A DNA stretch of 64,000 nucleotides. It comes from a virus. Lineage: Duplodnaviria > Heunggongvirae > Uroviricota > Caudoviricetes. Numbering within the stretch: the first letter of the stretch is position 1; each line of letters starts with the position of its first letter. Location: positions 1 to 64,000 of the IMG/VR virus record IMGVR_UViG_3300007734_000754; one strand, given 5' to 3'. The notes beneath the pieces are model-generated. The model saw nothing but the letters and a program-made list of their open reading frames with translations. It was not told the DNA's origin and did not search any database. Both the position numbers and the translations under genes were made by a program. Of this stretch, positions 45,796 through 57,013 are shown piece by piece.

Positions 45796-47618
45796 TGGCT
45801 CAAGATAGAGATATAAAATACGTAAATAAGGACTTTAGTGACTATAAAAACCAGTTAATAGAATTTAGTAAAAACTATTTCCCAGATACTTATAACGACT
45901 TCTCACCTACATCACCAGGTATGATGTTTATTGAGATGGCTGCTTATGTAGGAGACGTTCTATCTTTTTACCAAGATATGCAACTTCAAGAAACATATCT
46001 TCAATATGCTAAGAATCCTGCAAACTTATATACATTAGCCTACATGATGGGTTATCGTCCTAAAGTTACTGCAGCTTCTGAGGTAGATGTAGAACTTACT
46101 CAGATAGTAGGAGCATCTGGTGGAAATCCAAACTGGACTCAAGCATTAAAACTGGGGGTTAATACAAGATTATCTTCAACAACAGGAGGTAATACTAAAT
46201 TTATTATTAATAGACCGGTAGATTTCTCATTTTCTAGTTCATACGATCCTACATATGTTACAGTAGAAACACTATCAGGAGGGCCAAGCCCAACACCTGC
46301 TACGTTTATGCTAACAAAAACCGTAAAAGCTACATCAGGAGAATTAAAAACTCAAACAGAGGTTATTACTTCTGTAGAAAAGTATAAGACGATTACTATT
46401 GCAGATACAGATATAATAGGAATTGTATCAATAACTGATAGTAGTGGAAATACGTGGTATGAAGTTCCATTTTTAGGACAAGACACTATATTTAAAGATG
46501 GTACAAATTCATCTTCAGATAGTGCACAAGTACCGTATCTATTATCACTTCAAAAAGTACCAAGAAGATTTGTAACAAGATTTGATTCTCAAGGTAATTT
46601 ATCAATTCAATTTGGATCAGGAGTTACAGGACAAGATGATGCAGCTATAACACCAGACCCAACAAATGTAGGTTTCGGATCAGTACAGGGAATTTCTAGG
46701 ATAGATTACGCATTTGATCCATCTAACTTTCTATATACACAGACATATGGATTAGCTCCTTCTAATACAACTTTATATATTAACTACTTAGTAGGAGGAG
46801 GTATTGCATCAAATGTACCAGCTAACTCAATTACAAATATAGATATAGTAAGCATAACAGGAACTGATTTAACTTATCAAACAAGTCTGCAAAGCAATAA
46901 CCCACAAGCTGCAACAGGAGGAAAATCTGGAGATTCAATAGAAGAACTTCGTCAGAATTCAATGAGAGCTTTTAATGAACAAGGAAGAGCTGTAACACTA
47001 CAGGATTACACGGTAAGAGCTTTATCACTACCTTCAAAGTATGGATCAATTGCAAAAGTATATGTAGCACAAGATCAACTAACAAATCCAAACTCAGCAT
47101 TAGATAGTATAATTGATAGTAATCCATTATCATTATCAATGTATACATTAGCTTACGATAATAATACGAATTTAATAAATACATCTACTAATTTACAGAA
47201 TAATTTAAAACAGTACCTATCACAGTATATGGTGCTTACTGATGCATTAAACATAAAAGATGCTTTTATAATTAATATCGGTGTAAATTTTGATATTATA
47301 GTACAACCTAATTATGTAGGAAGAGATGTACTTACGACTTGTGTAAGTAGCTTAAGAGATTATTTTAATATAGTTAACTGGAGTATAAATCAACCTATAA
47401 ATACATCAAATTTATATACCCTATTAGATCAAGTAAAAGGTGTACAGACAGTGCAAAAGATAGAAGTAGTTAATTTAACAGGAGGTAACTATTCACAATA
47501 TGAATACGATATTAAAGGAGCTACAAGAAATAACGTGGTATATCCTTCATACGATCCTATGATCTTTGAAGTAAAATTTCCAGATACAGATATTAAAGGC
47601 AGAATAACAACACTATAA
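45795..47618 (+). CDS. baseplate wedge protein, gp6/Baseplate-J-like
   Basis: 607 aa immediately after the gp25-like gene (conserved W-J synteny). N-terminal region consistent with the J family. Confidence 0.5.
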   Translation: MAQDRDIKYVNKDFSDYKNQLIEFSKNYFPDTYNDFSPTSPGMMFIEMAAYVGDVLSFYQDMQLQETYLQYAKNPANLYTLAYMMGYRPKVTAASEVDVELTQIVGASGGNPNWTQALKLGVNTRLSSTTGGNTKFIINRPVDFSFSSSYDPTYVTVETLSGGPSPTPATFMLTKTVKATSGELKTQTEVITSVEKYKTITIADTDIIGIVSITDSSGNTWYEVPFLGQDTIFKDGTNSSSDSAQVPYLLSLQKVPRRFVTRFDSQGNLSIQFGSGVTGQDDAAITPDPTNVGFGSVQGISRIDYAFDPSNFLYTQTYGLAPSNTTLYINYLVGGGIASNVPANSITNIDIVSITGTDLTYQTSLQSNNPQAATGGKSGDSIEELRQNSMRAFNEQGRAVTLQDYTVRALSLPSKYGSIAKVYVAQDQLTNPNSALDSIIDSNPLSLSMYTLAYDNNTNLINTSTNLQNNLKQYLSQYMVLTDALNIKDAFIINIGVNFDIIVQPNYVGRDVLTTCVSSLRDYFNIVNWSINQPINTSNLYTLLDQVKGVQTVQKIEVVNLTGGNYSQYEYDIKGATRNNVVYPSYDPMIFEVKFPDTDIKGRITTL

Positions 47619-47619
47619 C

Positions 47620-48732
47620 ATGGCAGTATACAGAATATTTCCTGAAAAGGATACGTTTATATCATCAGAAATTCCAACAGGAAATGCTGGTAGAGATGAA
47701 ATACTTGAAATAGGTGGGTATAGGGATACCGCAAATACAGGTCAAACACATCGACTATTAGTACAATACAGTGATGCTGATATGCAAGATGTGATTGCAA
47801 ATAAAATCGGATCATCAAACTATAGTGCTAGTCTGCATATTTACCTAGCAGATGCCTACCAGGTACCTGTAACTTATACGATATATGGGTATCCAATCTA
47901 TGGAGCATGGGATAACGGAGTAGGTAAGTTTAACGATACACCGGTTAATACCTCAGGAGTTTCTTGGCAATATAGAAAAGCAGGTTTAGCAAGTCCGTGG
48001 ACAACAACAGGATTTGCAGCAAATACTACCGGTTCCTACCTACCAGGATCAACAGCAGGAGGAGGTAACTGGTATACAAGTGTATCAGGTATCAGTCAAG
48101 AGTATACACAATCACATGCATTTAATTCAGTTAATGATATATCATTAGATGTAACAAAAGGAGTTAAACTATTTAATGCAGGAACTATTACTAATAGTGG
48201 CTTTATATTAAAACTATCAAGCAGTTTAGAATATAATACAACATCGTCAGTTATCTTCAAATATTACGGAGTAGATACTAATACAATATACCCACCCTGC
48301 TTAGAGTTTAAATGGGATGATAGTTCCTATAATATAGGATCTCTAGCAGTACTTTCAAATAGTATATCAACAATAGATATAATAAATAATAAAGGAGAAT
48401 ATGCAGACGCAGGAAAGCAGAGATTTAGAATTTCAGCAAAACCTAAATACCCAGTTAAAACTTTTTCAATAACATCTCCATATCTTACAAATTACGCTCT
48501 ACCTACAACATCTTACTGGGGATTAAGAGATGAAAATACAGAAGAAATGGTAGTACCTTTCGATACCGACTTTACTAAAATAAGTTGTGATTCAACAGGA
48601 CCTTATTTTGATGTGTATATGGACGGGTTGGAGCCTGAAAGATATTATCGTATATTAGTAAAGACGACTTTAGATGGAAGCACTACAGTAGTAGATAATC
48701 GAAACATATTTAAAGTAGTAAGAAATGGCTAA
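47620..48732 (+). CDS. baseplate/tail protein
   Basis: Synteny. Confidence 0.4.
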   Translation: MAVYRIFPEKDTFISSEIPTGNAGRDEILEIGGYRDTANTGQTHRLLVQYSDADMQDVIANKIGSSNYSASLHIYLADAYQVPVTYTIYGYPIYGAWDNGVGKFNDTPVNTSGVSWQYRKAGLASPWTTTGFAANTTGSYLPGSTAGGGNWYTSVSGISQEYTQSHAFNSVNDISLDVTKGVKLFNAGTITNSGFILKLSSSLEYNTTSSVIFKYYGVDTNTIYPPCLEFKWDDSSYNIGSLAVLSNSISTIDIINNKGEYADAGKQRFRISAKPKYPVKTFSITSPYLTNYALPTTSYWGLRDENTEEMVVPFDTDFTKISCDSTGPYFDVYMDGLEPERYYRILVKTTLDGSTTVVDNRNIFKVVRNG

Positions 48733-49060
48733 TGATATAAGGATAGAGAAGACAGTATTTAATAATACTGAATTTATAAAAGTAGTAGATACAGCCTTTA
48801 GCACTTATATGCAACCTACAACAGGGTCTGCAGTAGATAATGTAGATGACTTCTTTAGAATGTATGAAGATCTATACTATGTTATAGATATAATGGGCGC
48901 TACAAATTCACATGAGTACTTAGTAAAAAAAAGTTCGGAATTACTAAACTTTGATGCTACTACGCAAAATATACAACCGCTATTAGACGAAATAGCACAG
49001 TTAAGACAAGAAAATTTAGGATTAAATCAACAGCTACTAGACCTACAGACTCAAGTATAA
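48725..49060 (+). CDS. structural protein with C-terminal coiled coil
   Basis: IAQLRQENLGLNQQLLDLQTQV. Confidence 0.4.
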   Translation: MANDIRIEKTVFNNTEFIKVVDTAFSTYMQPTTGSAVDNVDDFFRMYEDLYYVIDIMGATNSHEYLVKKSSELLNFDATTQNIQPLLDEIAQLRQENLGLNQQLLDLQTQV

Positions 49061-49062
49061 AA

Positions 49063-52000
49063 ATGGCAGAAATAACTTACGTACTTAATCAAGAGACACC
49101 GGAAAATATACCAGGTTTTGAACAATATCAAGATTCTGATAAATATTTAATTCCTTCCTACCAGCTAAATAACTTATTTGATTCAACTAAGAATTATGTA
49201 CAGTTACATATAGTTGATTTTGCAGATAATTTACTGAGTAGTAAGTATAACTATAGACAATATACACTATCCTTAAATGCTGCATCAGCAGGAAAAGAAG
49301 GAGCCTCTATCATAACTATAGATCCTATTAAAGATAGTCTATACTACGGGTACAATACCGGAGGTATTAAACTACTATACCACTTCTTAAGTGATCTATA
49401 TACAGATACCTTTGAGACTTTAGAATTTTACATAGACAGTATTTCTGCAGATAGGACAGAACTAAGCCTTCTTACACACAATCTAACACCAGAACAAATT
49501 GTTAGCTATACAGAAGCTATAAAAACTAAACTAAAATCACAATCATACTTTAGTGAATTTAGGTTAGATTTAAAGAATAATAATTTAATAATAGGGGTTA
49601 ATATAGATACTCTAGATACTGTAAACGGAAAATCAGTAATAGTAAAACTATATGAACCTCTACCTGAAAATTTTAAAGTAAAAAATACTTTAAATATAGT
49701 TGAATCTATATCAGATTCGGTAGCTTATGAGGTAGATTACCAGGCAAAAGATGTAGCAGAACCGACAGTAGTTTTAAGATCTCCAAATTTTAATATAGAT
49801 ATACAAGACCATAGTGTAGTCCCTTCACAATACTTTACCTACGATGATCTACTAGGTTACCAAGTAGGTAATACTAATAGTGAGATATACTCTATGATAA
49901 ATGAAAAAGGAGTAGAACTAAGCGTAGATTACTCAGACTTTAGCAATTTTGTTCATTTTTCATCTGCTCAAGAAAGATTAATTAACTTTAAGTATAAAGT
50001 AGACTTACTAACCAGCTATTCTGCAAGTTTAAGCACTACATCAACAGTAACAGGAGGAGCACAGGGTGTTAGTGGAAGTACAGCATACTACCAAGGACTT
50101 TACCAAGGTATTATAAATAATTTTGATCATTACGAAAGATTTTTATACTACGAATCAGGGAGTTATTCATGGCCAAAATCTAATTCATCAAAACCGTATA
50201 TAAACATACCGAGTAAAGACCCGGTAACTCAAATAGCTAATACTACAGTAACTGCTTGGTATACTAACGCACTTACAAATGCAGTAGCTTATGATAGTTC
50301 AAATTACAATGCACTAACAGAAACAGTACCTACATATTTAAGAGACGATGCTAATAATGAAAAGTATCTAACTTTTGTATACATGGTAGGTCAGCATTTT
50401 GATAATCTATGGATATATGGAAAAGCTGTAACAGATAAATACAATAATGATAATAGGATTAATTATGGTATATCAAAAGACTTAGTAGGAGAAGCTTTAA
50501 AGAATTTTGGAGTTAAGCTGTATACCTCTAACAAGTCTATAGAAGACCTATTTACTACCTTTATTGGACAAGCTTATCAATCTGGAAGTGAAAAAATTAA
50601 TCATTATGTAACAGGTTCATTGACAGGATCGAATACACCTATTCAACCTACCTCTTATGATGATTACCAAAAACAAGTTCAAAAACGTATTTATCACAAC
50701 CTTCCTTTACTATTAAAATCTAAGGGAACAGAAAGAGGATTAAGAGCTTTAATTAACTGTCTTGGTATACCTTCAGATATCCTTAAGATAAAATTATATG
50801 GCGGAAGAAATACAAATGAAAGACCGTTTTTTGGTGACTATGACTATTATACAGGTTCTTTAGATAAGATACGTTTAGACAATACCGGTAGCATAGTACC
50901 GGGAAATACCCTATCTAACTACACATCTATCATTAAAAGAGATGATAAATATACAGATGATTTACATATCGTAGAAGTAGGTTTTGCACCTGTAGATAAC
51001 GTTGATAATTATATTAAATCACATATTACAGGATCTTTCGATATAGACGATTATATTGGAAATCCAGACGACTTAACATCAGGATCCTACTCAGCACTAC
51101 AATCCTTAGCAACTAATCTACTTACCGGCTCACTAGGAACTGATAGTCACTATAATTTGCAAGATTATGTAAAACTTATTAAATTTTACGATAATACTAT
51201 TTTTAAAATGGTTAAAGATTTTATTCCTGCTAGAGCATTAGCTGATACAGGTATTATAATAAAACCAAATTTATTAAATAGGTCTAAAGCTAAATCAGTA
51301 ATAGCATCAGGTTCAAGACCAGAATACAGCGGTTCAATTGATACAGCATTTATAGTAGGAGGAAATGCAGGAATTTTTAACGGAACTCAAAATGGAACAG
51401 CAACAGAGTACAGTACTGCATATACAGATACTATTCAAACTCCAACAGGACTGCAATACCCTGATACCCTACACGGACAAGAGCAACCAAAAATTAACGG
51501 TGAATTCTTAGGAAGTGAAGTAGTAGTTACAGGCGGTAACTTGACGGTTAATAATCCATATTTGCAAAATATAGCAGATACACTACCATATCAAGTATCT
51601 ATAATAACAACAGCAGCAGACATTTGCTTACTTACCGCATCAATTGTACCATATATAATATCAGATATAACACTAGGGACACCGGTATATGTAGTAAACG
51701 ATTTTTTTACTTTTACAGGAGGATGTAACTTTACTATAACAGCACCCAGTATAGGTACGATTCCTATTACCTTTCCACATGCTTTTGGTAATGATGGATT
51801 AGGTCAATATGAAAACATAACTATAACAGCAACTAACCCGAATTTACCGGGGTGTAGTGATGCTGTAAGAACTACGTACGGAATATGTTATGTTGGTATT
51901 CAAGACCATCCTCAAGCTGTAGTACCAAATTTAGTAGCTCCGTATAATATAACAAATTGGTTTAACACTACAAACATACCTACCAGTAATCTAGAGTATA

Positions 52001-53136
52001 CTATAACTTGGAGTAGCAGTACAGTAACATTAACATATACACAAGCACAAAGTTATACATTTACTCAACCACTGGGAGAAGTATTAACAATTCAAGTTAG
52101 AGATACAGGACTAGGGCAGACATGTAAAACATCAATACAAGTACTAACAGCTTCAAATACACTAGGAGTAATAAGTGCAGATACCTGCGATGGATTACAG
52201 TTCCAGTATAAATGGGAAGTAACACCAGGAGATAACCCAGATGATCCATACGGATATGGTGGTGTGACTACATACTCTGATGCAACAGTAGGAGCAGTTA
52301 ATAGCGATAATTACAATATACCATGGCTTCCTCGTATAGTTGCTCCAAATCTAAAAGGAAAAGGAATTGCAGGATTTTTTACACCTTTTAACGACCCAGT
52401 AGGTAGTATAGGAGTAGGGTCAACAACAAGATTTACAATATATAACTTAACAAATCTTACACCAAATACAGGGGGATGGAAAATAGAAGTTTTTGATTCT
52501 TCTTATAGAGATATAAATCCATACGGACCGCCTGGAAATCTTGACTTAGTTGAGCATAATATAAGCAACTATCCTTTCGGCAATTATGTACTAGTACCGC
52601 AGCTAGAAGTATTAAGCCCAACTATAACAGTAAAGCCTCCGTATACAGATAATCAATACCAGTACCCATTAGCAGTAGACCTAGAATCACCATATGCAAA
52701 TATGGGTCAAATTGTAAACGGCCAATACATACTACTACCAGTAGGTCAAGAAACATTCGTAAGAGCCCATGTTATACAGGCATACTCAACATTTTTTCCA
52801 GAAACACCACAACAGGTAACGGTATATGGACAGAAGGAGATGTTAGCCCCGCTAGAAGGACTACCAAGATACCCAGCAACCGGTCCAACAGTGAATAATA
52901 CATGCCCAGGGTTTATAGATGTATGGTTAAAAGAAGGCTTCCAGTACGGATCAGGCCCAGGACAATTTGGTAGAGAACCTTCACAGATTAGTATATATTC
53001 AAAAGGTACCTCACCAGATAGTACTGGAAAGTGGATTAAAGTACCAATACGATACTACTCAGCAGATCAATCACAGACAAGTATTAACCAAGCTATAACC
53101 GCTGTAGTAGGGTTTACATACCCACCAGGACCATAA
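49063..53136 (+). CDS. large baseplate/tail-fibre protein (1357 aa)
   Basis: Size, position, Thr/Ser/Gly/Asn-rich composition. Confidence 0.5.
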   Translation: MAEITYVLNQETPENIPGFEQYQDSDKYLIPSYQLNNLFDSTKNYVQLHIVDFADNLLSSKYNYRQYTLSLNAASAGKEGASIITIDPIKDSLYYGYNTGGIKLLYHFLSDLYTDTFETLEFYIDSISADRTELSLLTHNLTPEQIVSYTEAIKTKLKSQSYFSEFRLDLKNNNLIIGVNIDTLDTVNGKSVIVKLYEPLPENFKVKNTLNIVESISDSVAYEVDYQAKDVAEPTVVLRSPNFNIDIQDHSVVPSQYFTYDDLLGYQVGNTNSEIYSMINEKGVELSVDYSDFSNFVHFSSAQERLINFKYKVDLLTSYSASLSTTSTVTGGAQGVSGSTAYYQGLYQGIINNFDHYERFLYYESGSYSWPKSNSSKPYINIPSKDPVTQIANTTVTAWYTNALTNAVAYDSSNYNALTETVPTYLRDDANNEKYLTFVYMVGQHFDNLWIYGKAVTDKYNNDNRINYGISKDLVGEALKNFGVKLYTSNKSIEDLFTTFIGQAYQSGSEKINHYVTGSLTGSNTPIQPTSYDDYQKQVQKRIYHNLPLLLKSKGTERGLRALINCLGIPSDILKIKLYGGRNTNERPFFGDYDYYTGSLDKIRLDNTGSIVPGNTLSNYTSIIKRDDKYTDDLHIVEVGFAPVDNVDNYIKSHITGSFDIDDYIGNPDDLTSGSYSALQSLATNLLTGSLGTDSHYNLQDYVKLIKFYDNTIFKMVKDFIPARALADTGIIIKPNLLNRSKAKSVIASGSRPEYSGSIDTAFIVGGNAGIFNGTQNGTATEYSTAYTDTIQTPTGLQYPDTLHGQEQPKINGEFLGSEVVVTGGNLTVNNPYLQNIADTLPYQVSIITTAADICLLTASIVPYIISDITLGTPVYVVNDFFTFTGGCNFTITAPSIGTIPITFPHAFGNDGLGQYENITITATNPNLPGCSDAVRTTYGICYVGIQDHPQAVVPNLVAPYNITNWFNTTNIPTSNLEYTITWSSSTVTLTYTQAQSYTFTQPLGEVLTIQVRDTGLGQTCKTSIQVLTASNTLGVISADTCDGLQFQYKWEVTPGDNPDDPYGYGGVTTYSDATVGAVNSDNYNIPWLPRIVAPNLKGKGIAGFFTPFNDPVGSIGVGSTTRFTIYNLTNLTPNTGGWKIEVFDSSYRDINPYGPPGNLDLVEHNISNYPFGNYVLVPQLEVLSPTITVKPPYTDNQYQYPLAVDLESPYANMGQIVNGQYILLPVGQETFVRAHVIQAYSTFFPETPQQVTVYGQKEMLAPLEGLPRYPATGPTVNNTCPGFIDVWLKEGFQYGSGPGQFGREPSQISIYSKGTSPDSTGKWIKVPIRYYSADQSQTSINQAITAVVGFTYPPGP

Positions 53137-53150
53137 TTAATAAGTAAGAA

Positions 53151-54296
53151 ATGACACAGCAAGAATTTAGAGCAATTGCTTCAATATACCCTAATCGAGT
53201 AAATATTTGGTGTGGAGATACAGGGCCGCCGTATGCAATCTACGCAATAACAATACCTGTAATTAACAGTGTAGGACAAAACGCATTACCCTATCTACAA
53301 CTAGCACAACAGTTAGCAATACCGTTAGTAAATAACTTAAAGGTAGTATTAAATATAGTATCTAGAGAGTACGTAAATAATCAGTATTACTATTTCTCAG
53401 TAGAGACTGCCTATGTTCAAAGCTTAAGTGATGTAATACAGAACTTATCATACATAGAATTTCTACCAGCGATAGATAGTGCAGAATTTTACGATAGTCC
53501 GTACAACGTACTGAACGGATCAATTGAAGAACAGCGAAAATCAAGCTATATCATGCAAAGTGATAGGTATAAGATAGGTACACTGGCAAATCCAACCTAT
53601 ACCGGTCCTCTAAACATAGCACAACTCCTATCAGGTTCTGCATCATTAGCAAACGTAAAAGACAGTAATTATACAGATACAGGGTGGACAAGAGGTAGAT
53701 ACGAAGGAACTAAGACAAGTGCAACGGATTACTATACAGTTCCAGCAATAGGTGGAACAGTATTCGAAGGATCAGAATTTCCTGCAAGTAATACTCCATC
53801 GCAGATAAGTTACCTACTGTCAAGTAATCAAATATTCTATAAAAATTTCTTTTTTGCAGGAACAGGAGATACCCCAGGATTTGTATCTAACCTGACAACA
53901 TACCTACTTACAGGCTCACTCGTAGGAATAACAGCGGAAACAAACCCAATATACATATACCCTCAAGCACAAGATACAACAGGAATACCGGTACCTACAA
54001 CAGGAACTATTTACAGATTAGATAATGAACTAGTTAAAGTAGTGCAAGCAGGGTACCTAGAAGGAACACCGCCTAGATATATAATGAACGTAATAAGAGG
54101 TTACAACAGCGTCTCAGCATCTCACTTCAATCTTATAAATGTATATCAAGTAGAGCCAGTACAGATATATAATATAACAGGTAATAAGCTATCAGGAGTA
54201 CCTAAGGGTCAAGTATTAGTAAGGCAGACTGGAGTGGTAAATAAGTTAGATTCATTAGGATATATAGTAACCTCTAGTAAAATACCTAGCTGGTAA
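53151..54296 (+). CDS. tail-fibre/baseplate protein
   Basis: Position and composition. Confidence 0.4.
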   Translation: MTQQEFRAIASIYPNRVNIWCGDTGPPYAIYAITIPVINSVGQNALPYLQLAQQLAIPLVNNLKVVLNIVSREYVNNQYYYFSVETAYVQSLSDVIQNLSYIEFLPAIDSAEFYDSPYNVLNGSIEEQRKSSYIMQSDRYKIGTLANPTYTGPLNIAQLLSGSASLANVKDSNYTDTGWTRGRYEGTKTSATDYYTVPAIGGTVFEGSEFPASNTPSQISYLLSSNQIFYKNFFFAGTGDTPGFVSNLTTYLLTGSLVGITAETNPIYIYPQAQDTTGIPVPTTGTIYRLDNELVKVVQAGYLEGTPPRYIMNVIRGYNSVSASHFNLINVYQVEPVQIYNITGNKLSGVPKGQVLVRQTGVVNKLDSLGYIVTSSKIPSW

Positions 54297-54367
54297 GATG
54301 TAGACAGTAAACTATAGTTTATAACTAAAAATAAAATACATATATTTATTAATAAAAACAAATTAAA

Positions 54368-55027
54368 ATGGGATATTTAAGTAATCAAGTAGTAACAGTT
54401 GATGCTATTTTAACTAAAAAAGGAAGAGAGTTGCTTGCAAGAGGTGATGGATCATTTAAGATTACACAATTTGCTTTAGCAGATGATGAAATCGACTATA
54501 CATTGTATAATCCAGATCATCCAAATGGATCTGCTTATTACGGGGAAGCTATTGAAGCTATGCCTCTACTAGAAGCGTTTCCTGATGAAAATCAAATCAT
54601 GAAATATAAATTAACAACTCTTCCAAGAGGTACAGCTAAACTACCAGTTCTTGACTTAGGATTCGCAGCTATTAGATTAAAACAAGGAGCATCACTAGCA
54701 ATTACTCCACAGACTCTAAACTATTTAGGATCTTCTCATACTTTCGAAGCAGGAGGATATGTAGCAACTATTGCAGATGCTAGAGTATTAAATACATACA
54801 ATGGAGTAGGTGTTAATACACCAGAAGCAACAGCTTTAAATTCTACAACTACTCTAGGAACAAACGTTTCTAAAACAGTAATTGGAACTTCAATCAACCT
54901 AACTGCAACAACAGTTAATACTTTATTTGGAGGTAATACATCACTACAAACCACAATTACAGTAATAGGTAGAGATTCAGGAGCTAGGTTAACAATACCA
55001 GTAACAATTATTAAAGTAACACAATAA
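54368..55027 (+). CDS. structural protein
   Basis: Position and composition. Preceded by an AT-rich TATATTTATTA box. Confidence 0.4.
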   Translation: MGYLSNQVVTVDAILTKKGRELLARGDGSFKITQFALADDEIDYTLYNPDHPNGSAYYGEAIEAMPLLEAFPDENQIMKYKLTTLPRGTAKLPVLDLGFAAIRLKQGASLAITPQTLNYLGSSHTFEAGGYVATIADARVLNTYNGVGVNTPEATALNSTTTLGTNVSKTVIGTSINLTATTVNTLFGGNTSLQTTITVIGRDSGARLTIPVTIIKVTQ

Positions 55028-55033
55028 TAAAAT

Positions 55034-56059
55034 ATGTCATTTAAAAGATTAGATCAGGAAGATATTGCAATATCAGCAGAATCAGTAGTAGCACCAGCTT
55101 GGACTGGACAGCTTACTACACTAGGTGGCACAAACTTCTTTACCGCTTCAGGTCAAGTAGGAGTAGGCTCAGGTAACTATTATTACGATATATATCAACT
55201 AGCACCGACAGCAGTAGGTTCTGCAGTTCAATTTTCAATAGGGTATGGTAACCTATACGGAAGTGGCTCAACTCCAATTAATTTAGCAGTAAGTGGAGCA
55301 TCTCCATCTTCTGTTGTATATGGACAGTACAGAACACTTATAAACGGAGATGAGAATACAGATTTTACATTTGGAAATACAACACCAAACTCTATTTTTG
55401 TAATATCAGTAAATAGATCTAGGTATAAAGAAAAATTACTACCAGGAAGTTTTAACCTAACACTTTCAGGGTCAGGAGGAGTACTAAATTTAACTGATAA
55501 CTCTCAAGCATTAACAACAATATCATACGTTGACGCAGGTAGGGTATTTGATATCGTATCAGGTTCAGATGGAATACCATACACAGGGTTAACCACAACA
55601 GGTTTTTCATTTGCATCAGGATCTTACGGTAAATTTCTACCAGATGTAGGTACTATAATATTAAATGCAGCTGCATTAAGTGGATCTGTAATAGGAGGAG
55701 GAATGGCATTACCGGTAAACGAAGGTTCAAGCGTTTTACCAACAGTTAACTTAAATACTTTTTATAGTGCATTAGCACTAGGAGGTAACTTTAAATTACA
55801 GTCTGAAGAAACAATTACATCAAACTATGTATTTGTTAGAGTTCGAAACAACGAATTTAACTACTCTACAAATCCATCAATTATATCCGGTTCAGGAGAA
55901 TTAAGATATAATATACTTGTTAACACTCCTCAAGCATATATGACAACAGTAGGTTTGTATAACGATAATAATGACCTTTTAGGAGTAGCTAAACTATCAA
56001 AACCATTATTAAAAGATTTTACAAAAGAAGCGTTAATAAGAATCAAGCTTGATTATTAA
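55034..56059 (+). CDS. tail-fibre-like protein, paralog A
   Basis: C-terminal TTVGLYNDNNDLLGVAKLSKP...IRIKLDY is shared with the next ORF. Confidence 0.45.
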   Translation: MSFKRLDQEDIAISAESVVAPAWTGQLTTLGGTNFFTASGQVGVGSGNYYYDIYQLAPTAVGSAVQFSIGYGNLYGSGSTPINLAVSGASPSSVVYGQYRTLINGDENTDFTFGNTTPNSIFVISVNRSRYKEKLLPGSFNLTLSGSGGVLNLTDNSQALTTISYVDAGRVFDIVSGSDGIPYTGLTTTGFSFASGSYGKFLPDVGTIILNAAALSGSVIGGGMALPVNEGSSVLPTVNLNTFYSALALGGNFKLQSEETITSNYVFVRVRNNEFNYSTNPSIISGSGELRYNILVNTPQAYMTTVGLYNDNNDLLGVAKLSKPLLKDFTKEALIRIKLDY

Positions 56060-56062
56060 TGA

Positions 56063-57013
56063 ATGAGCACTTACAAAAAATTAAACAAACAAGATGCCTT
56101 TATAACTACCTATACTGCCTACAAACATTGGGTAGTATCAGGTAGTCAATTTAGTGATTATAATATTGAGGTAATCCCTGGAACTACAGGAGTTTACTCA
56201 CACAGTATATCACAATTGTACTATCCTCAAAAAATATCAGGAAGTATAGTTTCACATTCATTTGACTACTATACAGATACAACACTAGATAACCCAGAGC
56301 TTAGAAACTATAATACAAGCTCTTTCGTTATTTCAATTCCAAGGTCAATGACGGGAGTTGAATTAAAACCAGGAGCTAACCTAAGTTTTTATGTAAACAA
56401 CGTACAGCAGTCAAGGTATGTAGATGTAGGGTATTGGAATAGCGGATATACAAACGATCCGTCAATAGTTACAGGTGTAAGTATAATAGGATTAGTAGAT
56501 GACGGAGAAGGAGGATTATACACCAGTGGTAGTAGCCCAAGAAATTATGTAGGAGATATTATCTACCCGCATGGTATGATAATTATTACAGATCAGAACT
56601 ATATTGACTTATTAAACATTATGTGGGTTCCATCTGCGGTAGGTCCTAAAGATACAACTTTACAAAACCGTAAAAACTTAAAACTATCTTGGCAATCAAG
56701 TCAGCCAATATTTACACATAATTATCATTGTAGAATAAGAGAATCTGAATATAATTTTACATATAACCCTACAAATCTAAGTGGATCTATAGGGACAGTT
56801 TATGATAGTAATAAAGATATTTATAGCACTTCTGGAAGTATAATTAAAGGAGATAAAAATATAAACGTAACAGGAAGTGCTTTCCAACCATATATAACAA
56901 CAGTAGGATTATATAACGATGCAAATCAACTAATAGCAGTAGGGAAAATGTCACAACCAGTTCCTAAACCAGCAAATACAGAAATGACAATAATAGTTAA
57001 AATAGATATATAA
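56063..57013 (+). CDS. tail-fibre-like protein, paralog B
   Basis: C-terminal TTVGLYNDANQLIAVGKMSQP...IVKIDI. Confidence 0.45.
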   Translation: MSTYKKLNKQDAFITTYTAYKHWVVSGSQFSDYNIEVIPGTTGVYSHSISQLYYPQKISGSIVSHSFDYYTDTTLDNPELRNYNTSSFVISIPRSMTGVELKPGANLSFYVNNVQQSRYVDVGYWNSGYTNDPSIVTGVSIIGLVDDGEGGLYTSGSSPRNYVGDIIYPHGMIIITDQNYIDLLNIMWVPSAVGPKDTTLQNRKNLKLSWQSSQPIFTHNYHCRIRESEYNFTYNPTNLSGSIGTVYDSNKDIYSTSGSIIKGDKNINVTGSAFQPYITTVGLYNDANQLIAVGKMSQPVPKPANTEMTIIVKIDI

